Source: a bacterium
Lineage (GTDB): Bacteria; Bacteroidota; Ignavibacteria; UBA10030
Direction of reading: 5' to 3'
Assembly: GCA_043803945.1 (NCBI GenBank)
Contig: JAZDJN010000012.1
Span: 32,001-96,000 of the forward strand
DNA length: 64,000 nt
Shown here: piece by piece, positions 9,130-17,976 of the stretch
How the letters are laid out: each line of letters opens with the position of its first letter
Position numbering within the stretch: position 1 is the stretch's first letter
Program-made: the position numbers and the translations under genes
Notes under the pieces: model-generated
What the model saw: the letters and a program-made list of their open reading frames with translations, nothing else
The model's database searches: none
What the model was told of the DNA's origin: nothing

Positions 9130-10685
9130 TCATAGTTTTCCATAAACGCCTTCCGTATATGCGCCACCGCCGTATTCACACGCCACTTGAATTGATTCTC
9201 CCAGCACAGCCGCGGATTGCGATTCTTCTCCTTGTAGAGCACATTGCTGGCTTTGATCTCCTTTTTATCAACTGCAATTTCGTTGTGGTGAGGCAATGTC
9301 CATCGCTTCGGAAAGTCCTCCTTCTCCTCCATGCCTTCCGGGATATTGATCGCCGCTTCGATCGCTCCATCCGGAACACCTCGATTGATAATCTTCCAGA
9401 TCGTATCGGAATCTCCCTTCTGCGCATACCGCCCGGAGATCACTTCACCTTCCCACATTGCGGGGATATCAGTCTTCGGTACCGTGTTCTTCGCATTCAC
9501 CGAAAAGGAGGGAGATGTAAGATCGAATGTTGCGTCTTTTATATACACCGGCAGGTTCGCAAAACACCCGCTCCTGTTGTTTGGATCGTACAGCATCGCT
9601 CGTTCATCCTTGCCTGCCCCTGGATTTTCGATACGCGCAAAGTGGCAGTATGATGTATGTGCATAAAAATCGGCAATAGCATGGGCAGCGTATGCAAATG
9701 CCTCGATGTTATTGTTATCCTTTTTAAACACGTCCAATCTCTCCTGGATTTGCTGCCACCCCTCATTGATATATCCATTATCAAAGTGATCGAAGGGATG
9801 ATACGAACGCACGTCGATCTTATCGAAAATCGCAACAGCATGGACGAAATATTTCTTCAATTTTTCCTTGATCACGTCGGGCGCAATATCTTTAAGTGCC
9901 CGCTCTAAAAGGATGATCTCGTGCCACTCTCCGGCAAATTTTGGATTAATGCGACGCCATTGCTTTTTCAGAGTAAACGAAGAAGTCGAGGTGTTATCGT
10001 CGTGAAGCACCGACCAGACATGCCGATCGTTGAAGACATAAAATGGAACGTACTCAACAATCCGTTTCCGGGGAATTCGCCGTTGCCCGACTTGCTTTCC
10101 ACGCGCTTTCGGAATCACCGGTTTCAGTAACGGCTCTATCAATCGCCATTTGCCAATTTCGGTTTTATACATTACCCACATATGATCGTACTCCTCAGGC
10201 TTCGCCTTGCCAACGGTGTCCCGTACTTTTCCAAGAACAAGCCGGATATTATATCCACTTATCCCGCCCGCAAGCATGAGCGATGCAATAACGAATGAAA
10301 TATCTTCGCAGTCGCCAGTTTTCAGTGCGAGAGTTTCGTCCGGAAATTGCCATGCATCGCGTCCCCGAGCACTCTTATACCTTATAGTCTCTGAGATATA
10401 TGCCCAAATAATATTAGCCCGATAATCGAAGCTCCCCGATCTACGCTCGAGAAACTGATTCCAGTCGCCCCCATGTTTCTGAACATAGGCTTTGATGTTT
10501 TCGAACAGCTCCCGATGAAGCACGGTATTGTTTTCATGAACGAGAAATTCCCGCACGTCAATATCATACTCCTTGTCCGAGCCAACGGCAGGCCTTGAGG
10601 ATGGCACAATAGCATCGTGCAATATGACATCACCATCCCAGTTCCATTTGGTGATCCCTTTGATGTTTGAATACTTGAGGCACAT
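9123..10685 (-). CDS. Transglutaminase-like cysteine protease domain fused to a HET-C/Zn-phospholipase C-like domain
   Basis: N-half: WQFPDETL..KTGDCED, DHMWV, W..IEP. C-half: GEWHE, DHFDN, AHAIADFYAHTSY. Confidence 0.7.
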   Translation of the reverse strand: MCLKYSNIKGITKWNWDGDVILHDAIVPSSRPAVGSDKEYDIDVREFLVHENNTVLHRELFENIKAYVQKHGGDWNQFLERRSGSFDYRANIIWAYISETIRYKSARGRDAWQFPDETLALKTGDCEDISFVIASLMLAGGISGYNIRLVLGKVRDTVGKAKPEEYDHMWVMYKTEIGKWRLIEPLLKPVIPKARGKQVGQRRIPRKRIVEYVPFYVFNDRHVWSVLHDDNTSTSSFTLKKQWRRINPKFAGEWHEIILLERALKDIAPDVIKEKLKKYFVHAVAIFDKIDVRSYHPFDHFDNGYINEGWQQIQERLDVFKKDNNNIEAFAYAAHAIADFYAHTSYCHFARIENPGAGKDERAMLYDPNNRSGCFANLPVYIKDATFDLTSPSFSVNAKNTVPKTDIPAMWEGEVISGRYAQKGDSDTIWKIINRGVPDGAIEAAINIPEGMEEKEDFPKRWTLPHHNEIAVDKKEIKASNVLYKEKNRNPRLCWENQFKWRVNTAVAHIRKAFMENYDR

Positions 10686-10729
10686 AGATTATCCTTTCAA
10701 GGCTGTAACTCCTTAGTTGATAAAAGATT

Positions 10730-10860
10730 GAACACTGATGACGCAGAAGAATACAAGATTACCACAAAAACATTGTTGTATTGATGGAAGAAGTATATTC
10801 AGAATTATTCATTAAGCTTCATCTGTGATTATCAGTGATTTTCTTGTGTTATCTGTGTTC
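10730..10860. repeat. Inverted pair of degenerate 9-10 nt repeats
   Basis: gaacactgatgacgcagaagaatacaagatt ... atctgtgattatcagtgattttcttgtgttatctgtgttc. Confidence 0.55.
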
Positions 10861-10906
10861 TATTCTTGATGTTCCGTATGTGGAAAATTGTATGTTGAGC
10901 AGAAAC

Positions 10907-12112
10907 TCAAGACCCTGAAAATATTTTCAACAACTTTGCTATGCTCTGGTTGACCTCTTTCGAAGCTGTCTGATTTTGCTGCTGCAACCAGGTCTTGATC
11001 CGCTGCTTTATTGCCGTATTTGAGTTGTAGGCAAATCCCTCAACAACCTGAAGGAGCAGTTTTTTTGAGAGATCGTTCTTTGCAGGTTGATAGGATCGAA
11101 ACACATACGGCAGTACCCGTGCATCCTGAATCCTCCGCAGAAGAATTGTCATGGTCCGGTTCTCCGTTTCAACGCCGCTGGTAATATAGCCCACTGCTTT
11201 CTCATAAAATTTATCTGTCAAGATCACAGCATATGTTCCCGATGAGCTAAGCTGACCAACAGTCGAAAAATTCGCAAGCACTTGTGCATGGTTGATGGCA
11301 TCGATCCGGCGGTTCTGAAGAACGTCCTGTTTCAACTCTTCAGCAACCATCACCATATATTCATCACCAGCCCGGTCTAATTCTTTCTTCATGGACATCT
11401 GATTAATCGGATTTTTTGACTCCTTATATGCCTCATACACCCTTCGAGCAGAATCGAGAGAGAGTTTTGGTTTTGCCTGCGTTGTCGACTTTGTTTGCGC
11501 CCAGGCTGACGGTATCAGCCATGACGAAGCATAGCCCGGTTGTTCCGTCATCGCCGAGTCTTTCTCAGGCGGCACAACGAGGCTCAAACTGAGAAAATCG
11601 TTATCAACTTCCAGATGCGGTTTTAATGCAGGCGCATTGGCGATGAACATCGATGGATAAATATCTCTTTCGCACAACGTGGTGTAGATTCCTTTTTGTT
11701 GTGAGTACCTCACAAAGGCGAATGGGATGGGTGTATTGACCTCTGATCGTTTGAGCTTGATAAGCCACTCATACACGAATCGTTGCGAGTAGTGGTGTGT
11801 TGCCCGTTTGTGAACATAGACATTCTCACCAATGAGCTCGGTGTGCATCAGAGAATCCGGAAGCCCTCCACCATTGGGCGCTTTGATACAGCCGGTAATT
11901 TCAATTTCATCCGACACAACTGTCGGATTCCCTTGCGGTCCGACTGTCCAATACAATGTCCACACGATACCGAAAGAGACCAATCCAACCATAATAAAAT
12001 ACACGATGATTTGTACCCACCGGGGCATCTTTCTAAAGTTCGCGACAACGACCCTGTCAAGTATAGTCTGTAATAAACCACCGACTCCCGTTGGTTGTTT
12101 TTCCTTTCCCAT
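10907..12112 (-). CDS. Single-TM hypothetical protein, beta-rich domain plus HEAT-like helical C-terminus
   Basis: 401-aa ORF with RBS aggagga, hydrophobic segment IIVYFIMVGLVSFGIVWTLYW, and helical repeats such as DARVLPYV. Confidence 0.7.
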   Translation of the reverse strand: MGKEKQPTGVGGLLQTILDRVVVANFRKMPRWVQIIVYFIMVGLVSFGIVWTLYWTVGPQGNPTVVSDEIEITGCIKAPNGGGLPDSLMHTELIGENVYVHKRATHHYSQRFVYEWLIKLKRSEVNTPIPFAFVRYSQQKGIYTTLCERDIYPSMFIANAPALKPHLEVDNDFLSLSLVVPPEKDSAMTEQPGYASSWLIPSAWAQTKSTTQAKPKLSLDSARRVYEAYKESKNPINQMSMKKELDRAGDEYMVMVAEELKQDVLQNRRIDAINHAQVLANFSTVGQLSSSGTYAVILTDKFYEKAVGYITSGVETENRTMTILLRRIQDARVLPYVFRSYQPAKNDLSKKLLLQVVEGFAYNSNTAIKQRIKTWLQQQNQTASKEVNQSIAKLLKIFSGS

Positions 12113-12226
12113 AGTTGTTCCTCCTTATTGCGTTGATCCACTTATATGAAATTCAAACTACATCGTGATGTATCTATGAATGGTTTACTCCTCCAACAAT
12201 GGAATGAAGTATCCCCACCTTCTCTC

Positions 12227-13315
12227 TCATAGTTGGCTGATCATTTCAGGCAAACTCCAATGGACGGAAAACGATGTAGAGAGCGTCGATTGCTCGATGC
12301 CGCGCTTCTCAAATCCCAGACTAAATTCCACCCATGAGCTGCTGATGACATTCATCTCACCCCCCAGACTCACCAGTTGATATGATGATGAATTACTCAT
12401 CGACCTGATCTGCACCTCTCCGAACATTTTTAGCCGGTTCGATCCGGCGTAGAATCGGGCCGTCATGCCGAAGCTGCTCGAATCCATCCTTCCCGAAGCA
12501 TTGCGCTCGAGTGTACTAGAGAGGCCAAAGAGGAATTGCCCATACGAACCGATTGGCCAGGAAGCCGATAGCCATCCTGCATACTTGCCAACCCGCACAC
12601 CGCGAATAAGCGAGTCGGGTGAATGGTATTTCGCCGCAGTTCCCCATTCGATGACCGAAGCGTTCCAGAGACTATCCTTCCGCTCTGTCCGTAAGCGATC
12701 TACCAGATCTTCATACTTCTTCATCTGCTCAGATGAGTCCTTTTGTATCCGCCCGGATGAACCTGAGAAACCGGTATTGGTGGCACGAACGTCCTTAACG
12801 ATCTTCAGTGCTATGCCGGAGAGTTGCTCGAGATACTTCTGATCGCACCGCGGGTCGGCATCATCGAAGAGCGTCATCCGGAAACCGATCGATGCCTCGG
12901 TACCGCCGAGGTTATCATCCAACCGCCTGCTTGCCGCTGAAAACCGTAAGCGATAGAGAAAGGGAGATTCTCGATATTGCGAGAGCGTCAGCGACGATCC
13001 ATAGAGAATCATTGCCGGAGCAACCTCGACAGCAAATGTTTTCGGCAGGACTCCGCCCGATTGTGCAAATCCGGCAGCGAGTAACGCAACCTCCTGCATC
13101 GTTCCCGGCCTCAGAATATTCGAAGGATTATCGTCGAGAATCTTATAAGCGGGGGCATCGGGAACAGCAAGATTCATACGTGCTTCGGCAGTGCTCTTTT
13201 TCAGCCACTCACTTCCCGGATTTTGGGCGAGAACCGTGTACACACCACAGATTAATTCCGTCAGGATGAGTAAACCGATGACACAACCGCTCCTCTGCTG
13301 CTGTGTTGTAACCAT
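12227..13315 (-). CDS. Exported hypothetical protein, probable outer-membrane beta-barrel
   Basis: RBS aaggag before the ATG at 13315, signal peptide ...TVLA|QN, and amphipathic beta-strands ending STSFSVHWSL. Confidence 0.6.
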   Translation of the reverse strand: MVTTQQQRSGCVIGLLILTELICGVYTVLAQNPGSEWLKKSTAEARMNLAVPDAPAYKILDDNPSNILRPGTMQEVALLAAGFAQSGGVLPKTFAVEVAPAMILYGSSLTLSQYRESPFLYRLRFSAASRRLDDNLGGTEASIGFRMTLFDDADPRCDQKYLEQLSGIALKIVKDVRATNTGFSGSSGRIQKDSSEQMKKYEDLVDRLRTERKDSLWNASVIEWGTAAKYHSPDSLIRGVRVGKYAGWLSASWPIGSYGQFLFGLSSTLERNASGRMDSSSFGMTARFYAGSNRLKMFGEVQIRSMSNSSSYQLVSLGGEMNVISSSWVEFSLGFEKRGIEQSTLSTSFSVHWSLPEMISQL

Positions 13316-13326
13316 AGCGTTCTCCT

Positions 13327-13704
13327 TTAACAAACAAGTTCAACAACTAATCGTATTTGAACCGACTTTGTATCGATGGTTCCTTCATCGTATTCCCTTC
13401 CTCGCTCTATTCCATCCTGAGAGATTACCATATCCACACGGTACCGTTCCCCCGGCTGCGGATTTGGTGCAAGAATACTTGCGAGACAATCGAGGAATTT
13501 TCCTTTGAGAGAATCCACCGGCTGAGGCAAAAAATATTTATCAGGAATCTGATCGGTGTTCACGCCTTCACCGATAAAAGTTTTGGTCTTTTGATCTCCA
13601 TTCCAGAGTTGAAGGGAATATGCTCCCACCTGAGCATAACTAAAAACGATTTCAACGGTCACAGGACCGGCGTTCGCGTTAAGTGTAATTTTATTGAGTG
13701 GCAT
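13327..13704 (-). CDS. Small beta-sandwich-like hypothetical protein
   Basis: 125-aa ORF co-oriented in the operon with alternating beta-strand patterns and no signal peptide. Confidence 0.7.
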   Translation of the reverse strand: MPLNKITLNANAGPVTVEIVFSYAQVGAYSLQLWNGDQKTKTFIGEGVNTDQIPDKYFLPQPVDSLKGKFLDCLASILAPNPQPGERYRVDMVISQDGIERGREYDEGTIDTKSVQIRLVVELVC

Positions 13705-13742
13705 TGCTTTTACCCTTTTTCTTTTAGATGTCTGTAAGAGAA

Positions 13743-14606
13743 TTATACTGCTTTCTGCCCCTGTGTTGCATCATTCGGCTGAGCTGGTGCAGACTGAGAG
13801 GGCTGAGTCGGTGTTTTAGGTGATGGCGATGACGATCCCACCATCACGGGACTGGGTGGAGACGATGGTTGTCCACCTCCTAGAATAGCCGTAATAACTT
13901 TATCGATTGCCTGGATAAAGAATCGTTCACTGAATCCGCCCAGAAATGCAACGAGCAAAAGCGGCGTCTTGTTAAGAATGTTTGTGTTTCCTTGGAGTGT
14001 AATGAATCCTGCCTGCACCACAAACACGAGCACGATCCCCATAATAGCGCCTATAGCGGGCTTCAGGAAGTACCAAATGGCAAACGATCCATCGAATGTC
14101 AGGTCGGTGGCGTGCTTGACAATCCCCCACCAGACAATGGTCGTTCCACCGAATAATCCGAGCCACAGATACTGGAACGAATCTTCTGGTACGAGCTTGA
14201 GAGAATGAACTCTGAAGGGCATCCACGCGACGAACATCTCAATCAAATAAAGGAGGATGATCCAAAATAAAGGAGCTACTGCGAGACGGAGACGCAACAA
14301 TTTAAGAGATTCACTGGTAATGGCTCTGTTCACCAGGACGCTCATCTCGGTGGTGTACTGCTGGGCGAGAAACCAATTCTTATCCACAGCGGCAATATAG
14401 GCTTGCTGTCTGAGAAGCATTAAACGCTTCCAAAAATCTTCATTTGAAGAAAATGACTGTGCACGTTTGGTGATCGAAGCGATCGTCTCTTCGAACTGTT
14501 CTTCGCGGAGCTTGCCGCTTACTTGTCGAATAAATTGTTCAACGCTGACATAGTCGGGCGGGACATCGGATCCCACAAAAAAGTTTTTCACTTGCTTCAT
14601 TTGCAT
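13743..14606 (-). CDS. Four-TM membrane protein with WY..KP..GA..G and AFLGGFSER motifs
   Basis: Helical N-domain, four hydrophobic segments and a P/S/Q-rich tail. Confidence 0.75.
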   Translation of the reverse strand: MQMKQVKNFFVGSDVPPDYVSVEQFIRQVSGKLREEQFEETIASITKRAQSFSSNEDFWKRLMLLRQQAYIAAVDKNWFLAQQYTTEMSVLVNRAITSESLKLLRLRLAVAPLFWIILLYLIEMFVAWMPFRVHSLKLVPEDSFQYLWLGLFGGTTIVWWGIVKHATDLTFDGSFAIWYFLKPAIGAIMGIVLVFVVQAGFITLQGNTNILNKTPLLLVAFLGGFSERFFIQAIDKVITAILGGGQPSSPPSPVMVGSSSPSPKTPTQPSQSAPAQPNDATQGQKAV

Positions 14607-14707
14607 CGTAATATCCTTTCCTTATACAAGACCCTTGTTGGTTTTCATGAAAGTGTATCGATAACGAACTATTGCATGGCATGATCCTTTTTTTCATTTA
14701 ACCAATT

Positions 14708-14761
14708 GGGAGCATCTCCAGATTGTCAACGACAGGCGTTGGGACGATTGAAGATGCTCCC
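14708..14761. other. Intergenic hairpin
   Basis: gggagcatct...agatgctccc 10-bp perfect arms downstream of the C1 peptidase. Confidence 0.5.
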
Positions 14762-14798
14762 GTGAGTATGAAATGGGAAGAATGAGTTCTGGTCCTTG

Positions 14799-15713
14799 TT
14801 AGAATCCGAATTGCCCTGTAGCAACCCACTCATTCTTGAGCAGCGACCACCAATCGGTTGCCAATCCTTTCAAGACATAGTCATAGGGCAACCAACCATA
14901 CCCACTTTGCCCCCACGCTGTGCTCCATGAATTCCTTATAAGCAGTGCACCTGTGGTCTCAAGTCCACCTGGATTGGTGTTTTTAATCTTCATGGAATCG
15001 TCGTATCCTACAGCGACGATCGCGTGACCACCTGTAACCCGATCGGCTGGCGCAGGGAATGGAATCTTTCCGGTTGTGCCTGCCTGAGCAATCGAGTTGT
15101 AGACAGTGAAGCCGAAGATCGAAGGAAGCTTGGCTGCCAAATTCGTCTTAATTCTTTCGAGCAAGAGGGTTTGAGTTGTCCCAATCGGATCCAGGCGATA
15201 GTATGTGATGGCCTGATAATTCTGGGCAAAGGCATAGAGAAATGCCGATGGCTCCTTGTCATAATTTGCCACAACGTAGGGCCAATATTTTTCCGGCGGA
15301 ACGCCAAACAACACTAATGCACCCATGGTAGTCCGAAGAAATGCTCCGGTGTCTCCGGTCCAGTTGAGCAGATTTCTCGTAACTTTGTATAAGAAGAGGC
15401 GTGAGGCATCGATATGCGTCCCAAACGCACGCCGCTCGAAATATTCAACCATACCAACGCCCGCATGGGCTGTGCATGATCCAAGCCCATCCTGATCTTC
15501 TATCGCTGTACACCAGGGCCGCAAATCGGCCGATGGTGGCAGTGCAGCCGATGGCTTATCAATTCCAATTTTTCCGAGCATCTGTTTGATAGAATCCGTT
15601 TGACCTACCGATTTCAATTTGAGCGAAACTTCATGTTGTTCCATGGAATAATCCCGGAGGTCAGGATAGTCTGGTAACCATCCCATACGATATTGTTCTT
15701 GTACGTCTGACAT
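14799..15713 (-). CDS. Papain family (C1A, xylellain-like) cysteine peptidase
   Basis: GWLPD.PD.RD, EDQDGLGSCTAHA, GGHAIVAVGYDD and IRNSW motifs. No signal peptide. Confidence 0.95.
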   Translation of the reverse strand: MSDVQEQYRMGWLPDYPDLRDYSMEQHEVSLKLKSVGQTDSIKQMLGKIGIDKPSAALPPSADLRPWCTAIEDQDGLGSCTAHAGVGMVEYFERRAFGTHIDASRLFLYKVTRNLLNWTGDTGAFLRTTMGALVLFGVPPEKYWPYVVANYDKEPSAFLYAFAQNYQAITYYRLDPIGTTQTLLLERIKTNLAAKLPSIFGFTVYNSIAQAGTTGKIPFPAPADRVTGGHAIVAVGYDDSMKIKNTNPGGLETTGALLIRNSWSTAWGQSGYGWLPYDYVLKGLATDWWSLLKNEWVATGQFGF

Positions 15714-15917
15714 TGTTGTTCCTCCCTTCGAGGAAGTGATACAAGTGTTAAGATGGAAATCGAATGAGGTCTTTGTTCAAACCTCATGCCGGTAGAAGTA
15801 GCTATCTCATAGTTCTCATCACCTCCTGTTCGATGACAATGCACTGTCGAGTTCATTGTTCCGCATTGCATTTCCTAACCTTGACTGCTCTTTTGAGAAG
15901 CAGACAGGGATCATGAA

Positions 15918-16892
15918 TCACTTCGTGAATTCCAATTGAAGAACAATCGGGAAATGATCCGAATACCCATTCCTGTCGTAGGATATCTTTTGTGCCGGCC
16001 GGCCGAACCGGCGAGGTGTACCGTTTCGTTTCTGCATGGCTTTCGTACGATAGATGGTTACACCTTCGGGGTGAAGCGTTAGAGGAGAATCCTTCTTGAG
16101 AAATTCTTTCGTCACCATACATTGATCGAGCATGTTCCACTCGGATCCATAGTAGAACGTCCCAGAAGGTACCGTGGACATCAACGGCCACATACAATTC
16201 CAGAAGAGTGGATTCTTTGCACGCACAACCTGCTTTGGATCTCTCTTTGCGAGAAGGTATTCTTGAATCGACCGATTGAACGGTTCATCATTAAAATCTC
16301 CCATCAGCAGTACGGGGAATGGTAGTTGGCTGCCTGTGGTGAGATGTTGATGAGAGAGCAGATAGCTGACAGTCTCAGCGGTGAGCATACGGAATGGTTC
16401 TGTTTCATACTGACCGCCGGACCGCGAGGGCCAGTGATTCCCCGCAACAATGAATGAAGTGCCGGTTATTCGATGTGTTATTGTTGTCCAGAAAATATCA
16501 CGCGTTGCCGACCGCTTAATGATAGAGTGAAATCCCGTGTTCGAGCACGAGAGGATTTTCTTATCGTAGATGAAAGAGATTTCGATACCCCGGAGATCTT
16601 CCGTATCATGCGTCAAAACAGCGTACGATCTATCGGGCAATGTGAGCCGATCAACGAGAAGTTGCACGACCTCTTCGTTTTCAACTTCGCATATTCCAAG
16701 AAAATCAGGCCCCTGATTTTCAAACATTGATGAGATGACAGATGCAAGCTGGTCGAGTTTGCGGTCGCGAACCTGAACGGTCCAGCCCTTTAGTTCATTC
16801 TGCAACCTCCGTGCAAGATCAGGATGCCTCGATGCATCTTTATGATCAAACAGGTTTTCTACATTCCACCAGGCAAGTCGTATAAGACCCAT
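15918..16892 (-). CDS. Endonuclease/exonuclease/phosphatase (EEP) family nuclease
   Basis: WNVENLFD, CEVEN, NHWPSR, MGDFNDEP, LDQ and GYSDHFP motifs. No signal peptide. Confidence 0.92.
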   Translation of the reverse strand: MGLIRLAWWNVENLFDHKDASRHPDLARRLQNELKGWTVQVRDRKLDQLASVISSMFENQGPDFLGICEVENEEVVQLLVDRLTLPDRSYAVLTHDTEDLRGIEISFIYDKKILSCSNTGFHSIIKRSATRDIFWTTITHRITGTSFIVAGNHWPSRSGGQYETEPFRMLTAETVSYLLSHQHLTTGSQLPFPVLLMGDFNDEPFNRSIQEYLLAKRDPKQVVRAKNPLFWNCMWPLMSTVPSGTFYYGSEWNMLDQCMVTKEFLKKDSPLTLHPEGVTIYRTKAMQKRNGTPRRFGRPAQKISYDRNGYSDHFPIVLQLEFTK

Positions 16893-17118
16893 AGAATCGC
16901 CCTCCAGAAATGATCGGAAAGACGCTGAGGAGGAGGGGGCAATAACTCGTTCCTCTACGTGATGTCACTTCAAATCAACCGAAGACGCGCAGTAGACGGT
17001 CATACCTTTCAGGCACTAGAATATGAGAGATGCAAGGTACGGCTGAAGGATTGTTGGCGAGTTCGATACAGCGGTAAGGCTATGACGCATATATGCTAAA
17101 ATTCGCCACAAACCTCGC

Positions 17119-17151
17119 GCTAATATTAGCTAATTTTAAAAGTGTTGTCAA
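17119..17151 (-). promoter_or_regulatory. Sigma70 promoter with overlapping palindromic operator
   Basis: TTGACA(17151-17146)-17 nt-TAATAT(17128-17123). Perfect palindrome GCTAATATTAGC at 17119-17130. Confidence 0.65.
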
Positions 17152-17246
17152 GAACTTTTTTTCACTTTTGAGGATATTACAGGAGTAACCAGTATCTTTG
17201 AGCCAACAACCACTTCTCACTACGATATTCATCGAGGAAGACAGCC

Positions 17247-17969
17247 ATGTGTGGACGGTACGCCCTGACTAAAACACAGCGGGATATCGAATCAGAAGAA
17301 CTCTTTAGCCATATCCGGTCCGTTGACGTCGCATTTGATCAGCTTCCCCACTATAATATCTCGCCAATGCAGAAAGCCCCTGTCATTGCTATACGGGATG
17401 GTGAGCTTGTCCTCCAGAATATGCAGTGGTGGCTGATACCACACTGGTCGAAATCGAATAAACCCTCGTTCTCGACCTTCAATGCAAAATCCGAAACGCT
17501 CGACCAGAGTAAGCTCTTCGTCAGCTACTTCAAAGGAAGCCGGTGCCTTGTTCCTGCCGATGCGTTCTACGAGTGGCAAAAGGTAGCCGTTTCCTCATCT
17601 GAAAAACCGCAGAAGAAGAAAGAAGAGAAACAGCCCTGCTGCATCCGGATGAAGGACGAATCATTGTTTATGTTTGCCGGCTTGTTTTCAGTCTGGAAGG
17701 ATGCCGAAGGGCATGAACTTCCGACCTTTACGATTCTTACAACAGAACCGAACGACCTTATGCGCCCCATCCACAACCGGATGCCCGTTATCCTTCCCCC
17801 CGATCAGTACGAACCATGGTTAGACAGAACGAACAAGGATATCGAGACACTCAAAAAGAGTCTTGTCCCGTACGCACCTGACAAGATGAAGGCTTACCAC
17901 ATCTCTAACCTTGTGAATTCACCGAAGAATGATTCAGCGGAATGTTTGCATACCGTGGAAAAAGACTAG
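17247..17969 (+). CDS. SOS response-associated peptidase (SRAP/HMCES family)
   Basis: MCGRY N-terminus, YNISP, FNAKSET, RCLVPADAFYEW, IHNRMPVIL. Confidence 0.95.
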   Translation: MCGRYALTKTQRDIESEELFSHIRSVDVAFDQLPHYNISPMQKAPVIAIRDGELVLQNMQWWLIPHWSKSNKPSFSTFNAKSETLDQSKLFVSYFKGSRCLVPADAFYEWQKVAVSSSEKPQKKKEEKQPCCIRMKDESLFMFAGLFSVWKDAEGHELPTFTILTTEPNDLMRPIHNRMPVILPPDQYEPWLDRTNKDIETLKKSLVPYAPDKMKAYHISNLVNSPKNDSAECLHTVEKD

Positions 17970-17976
17970 GAACCTA

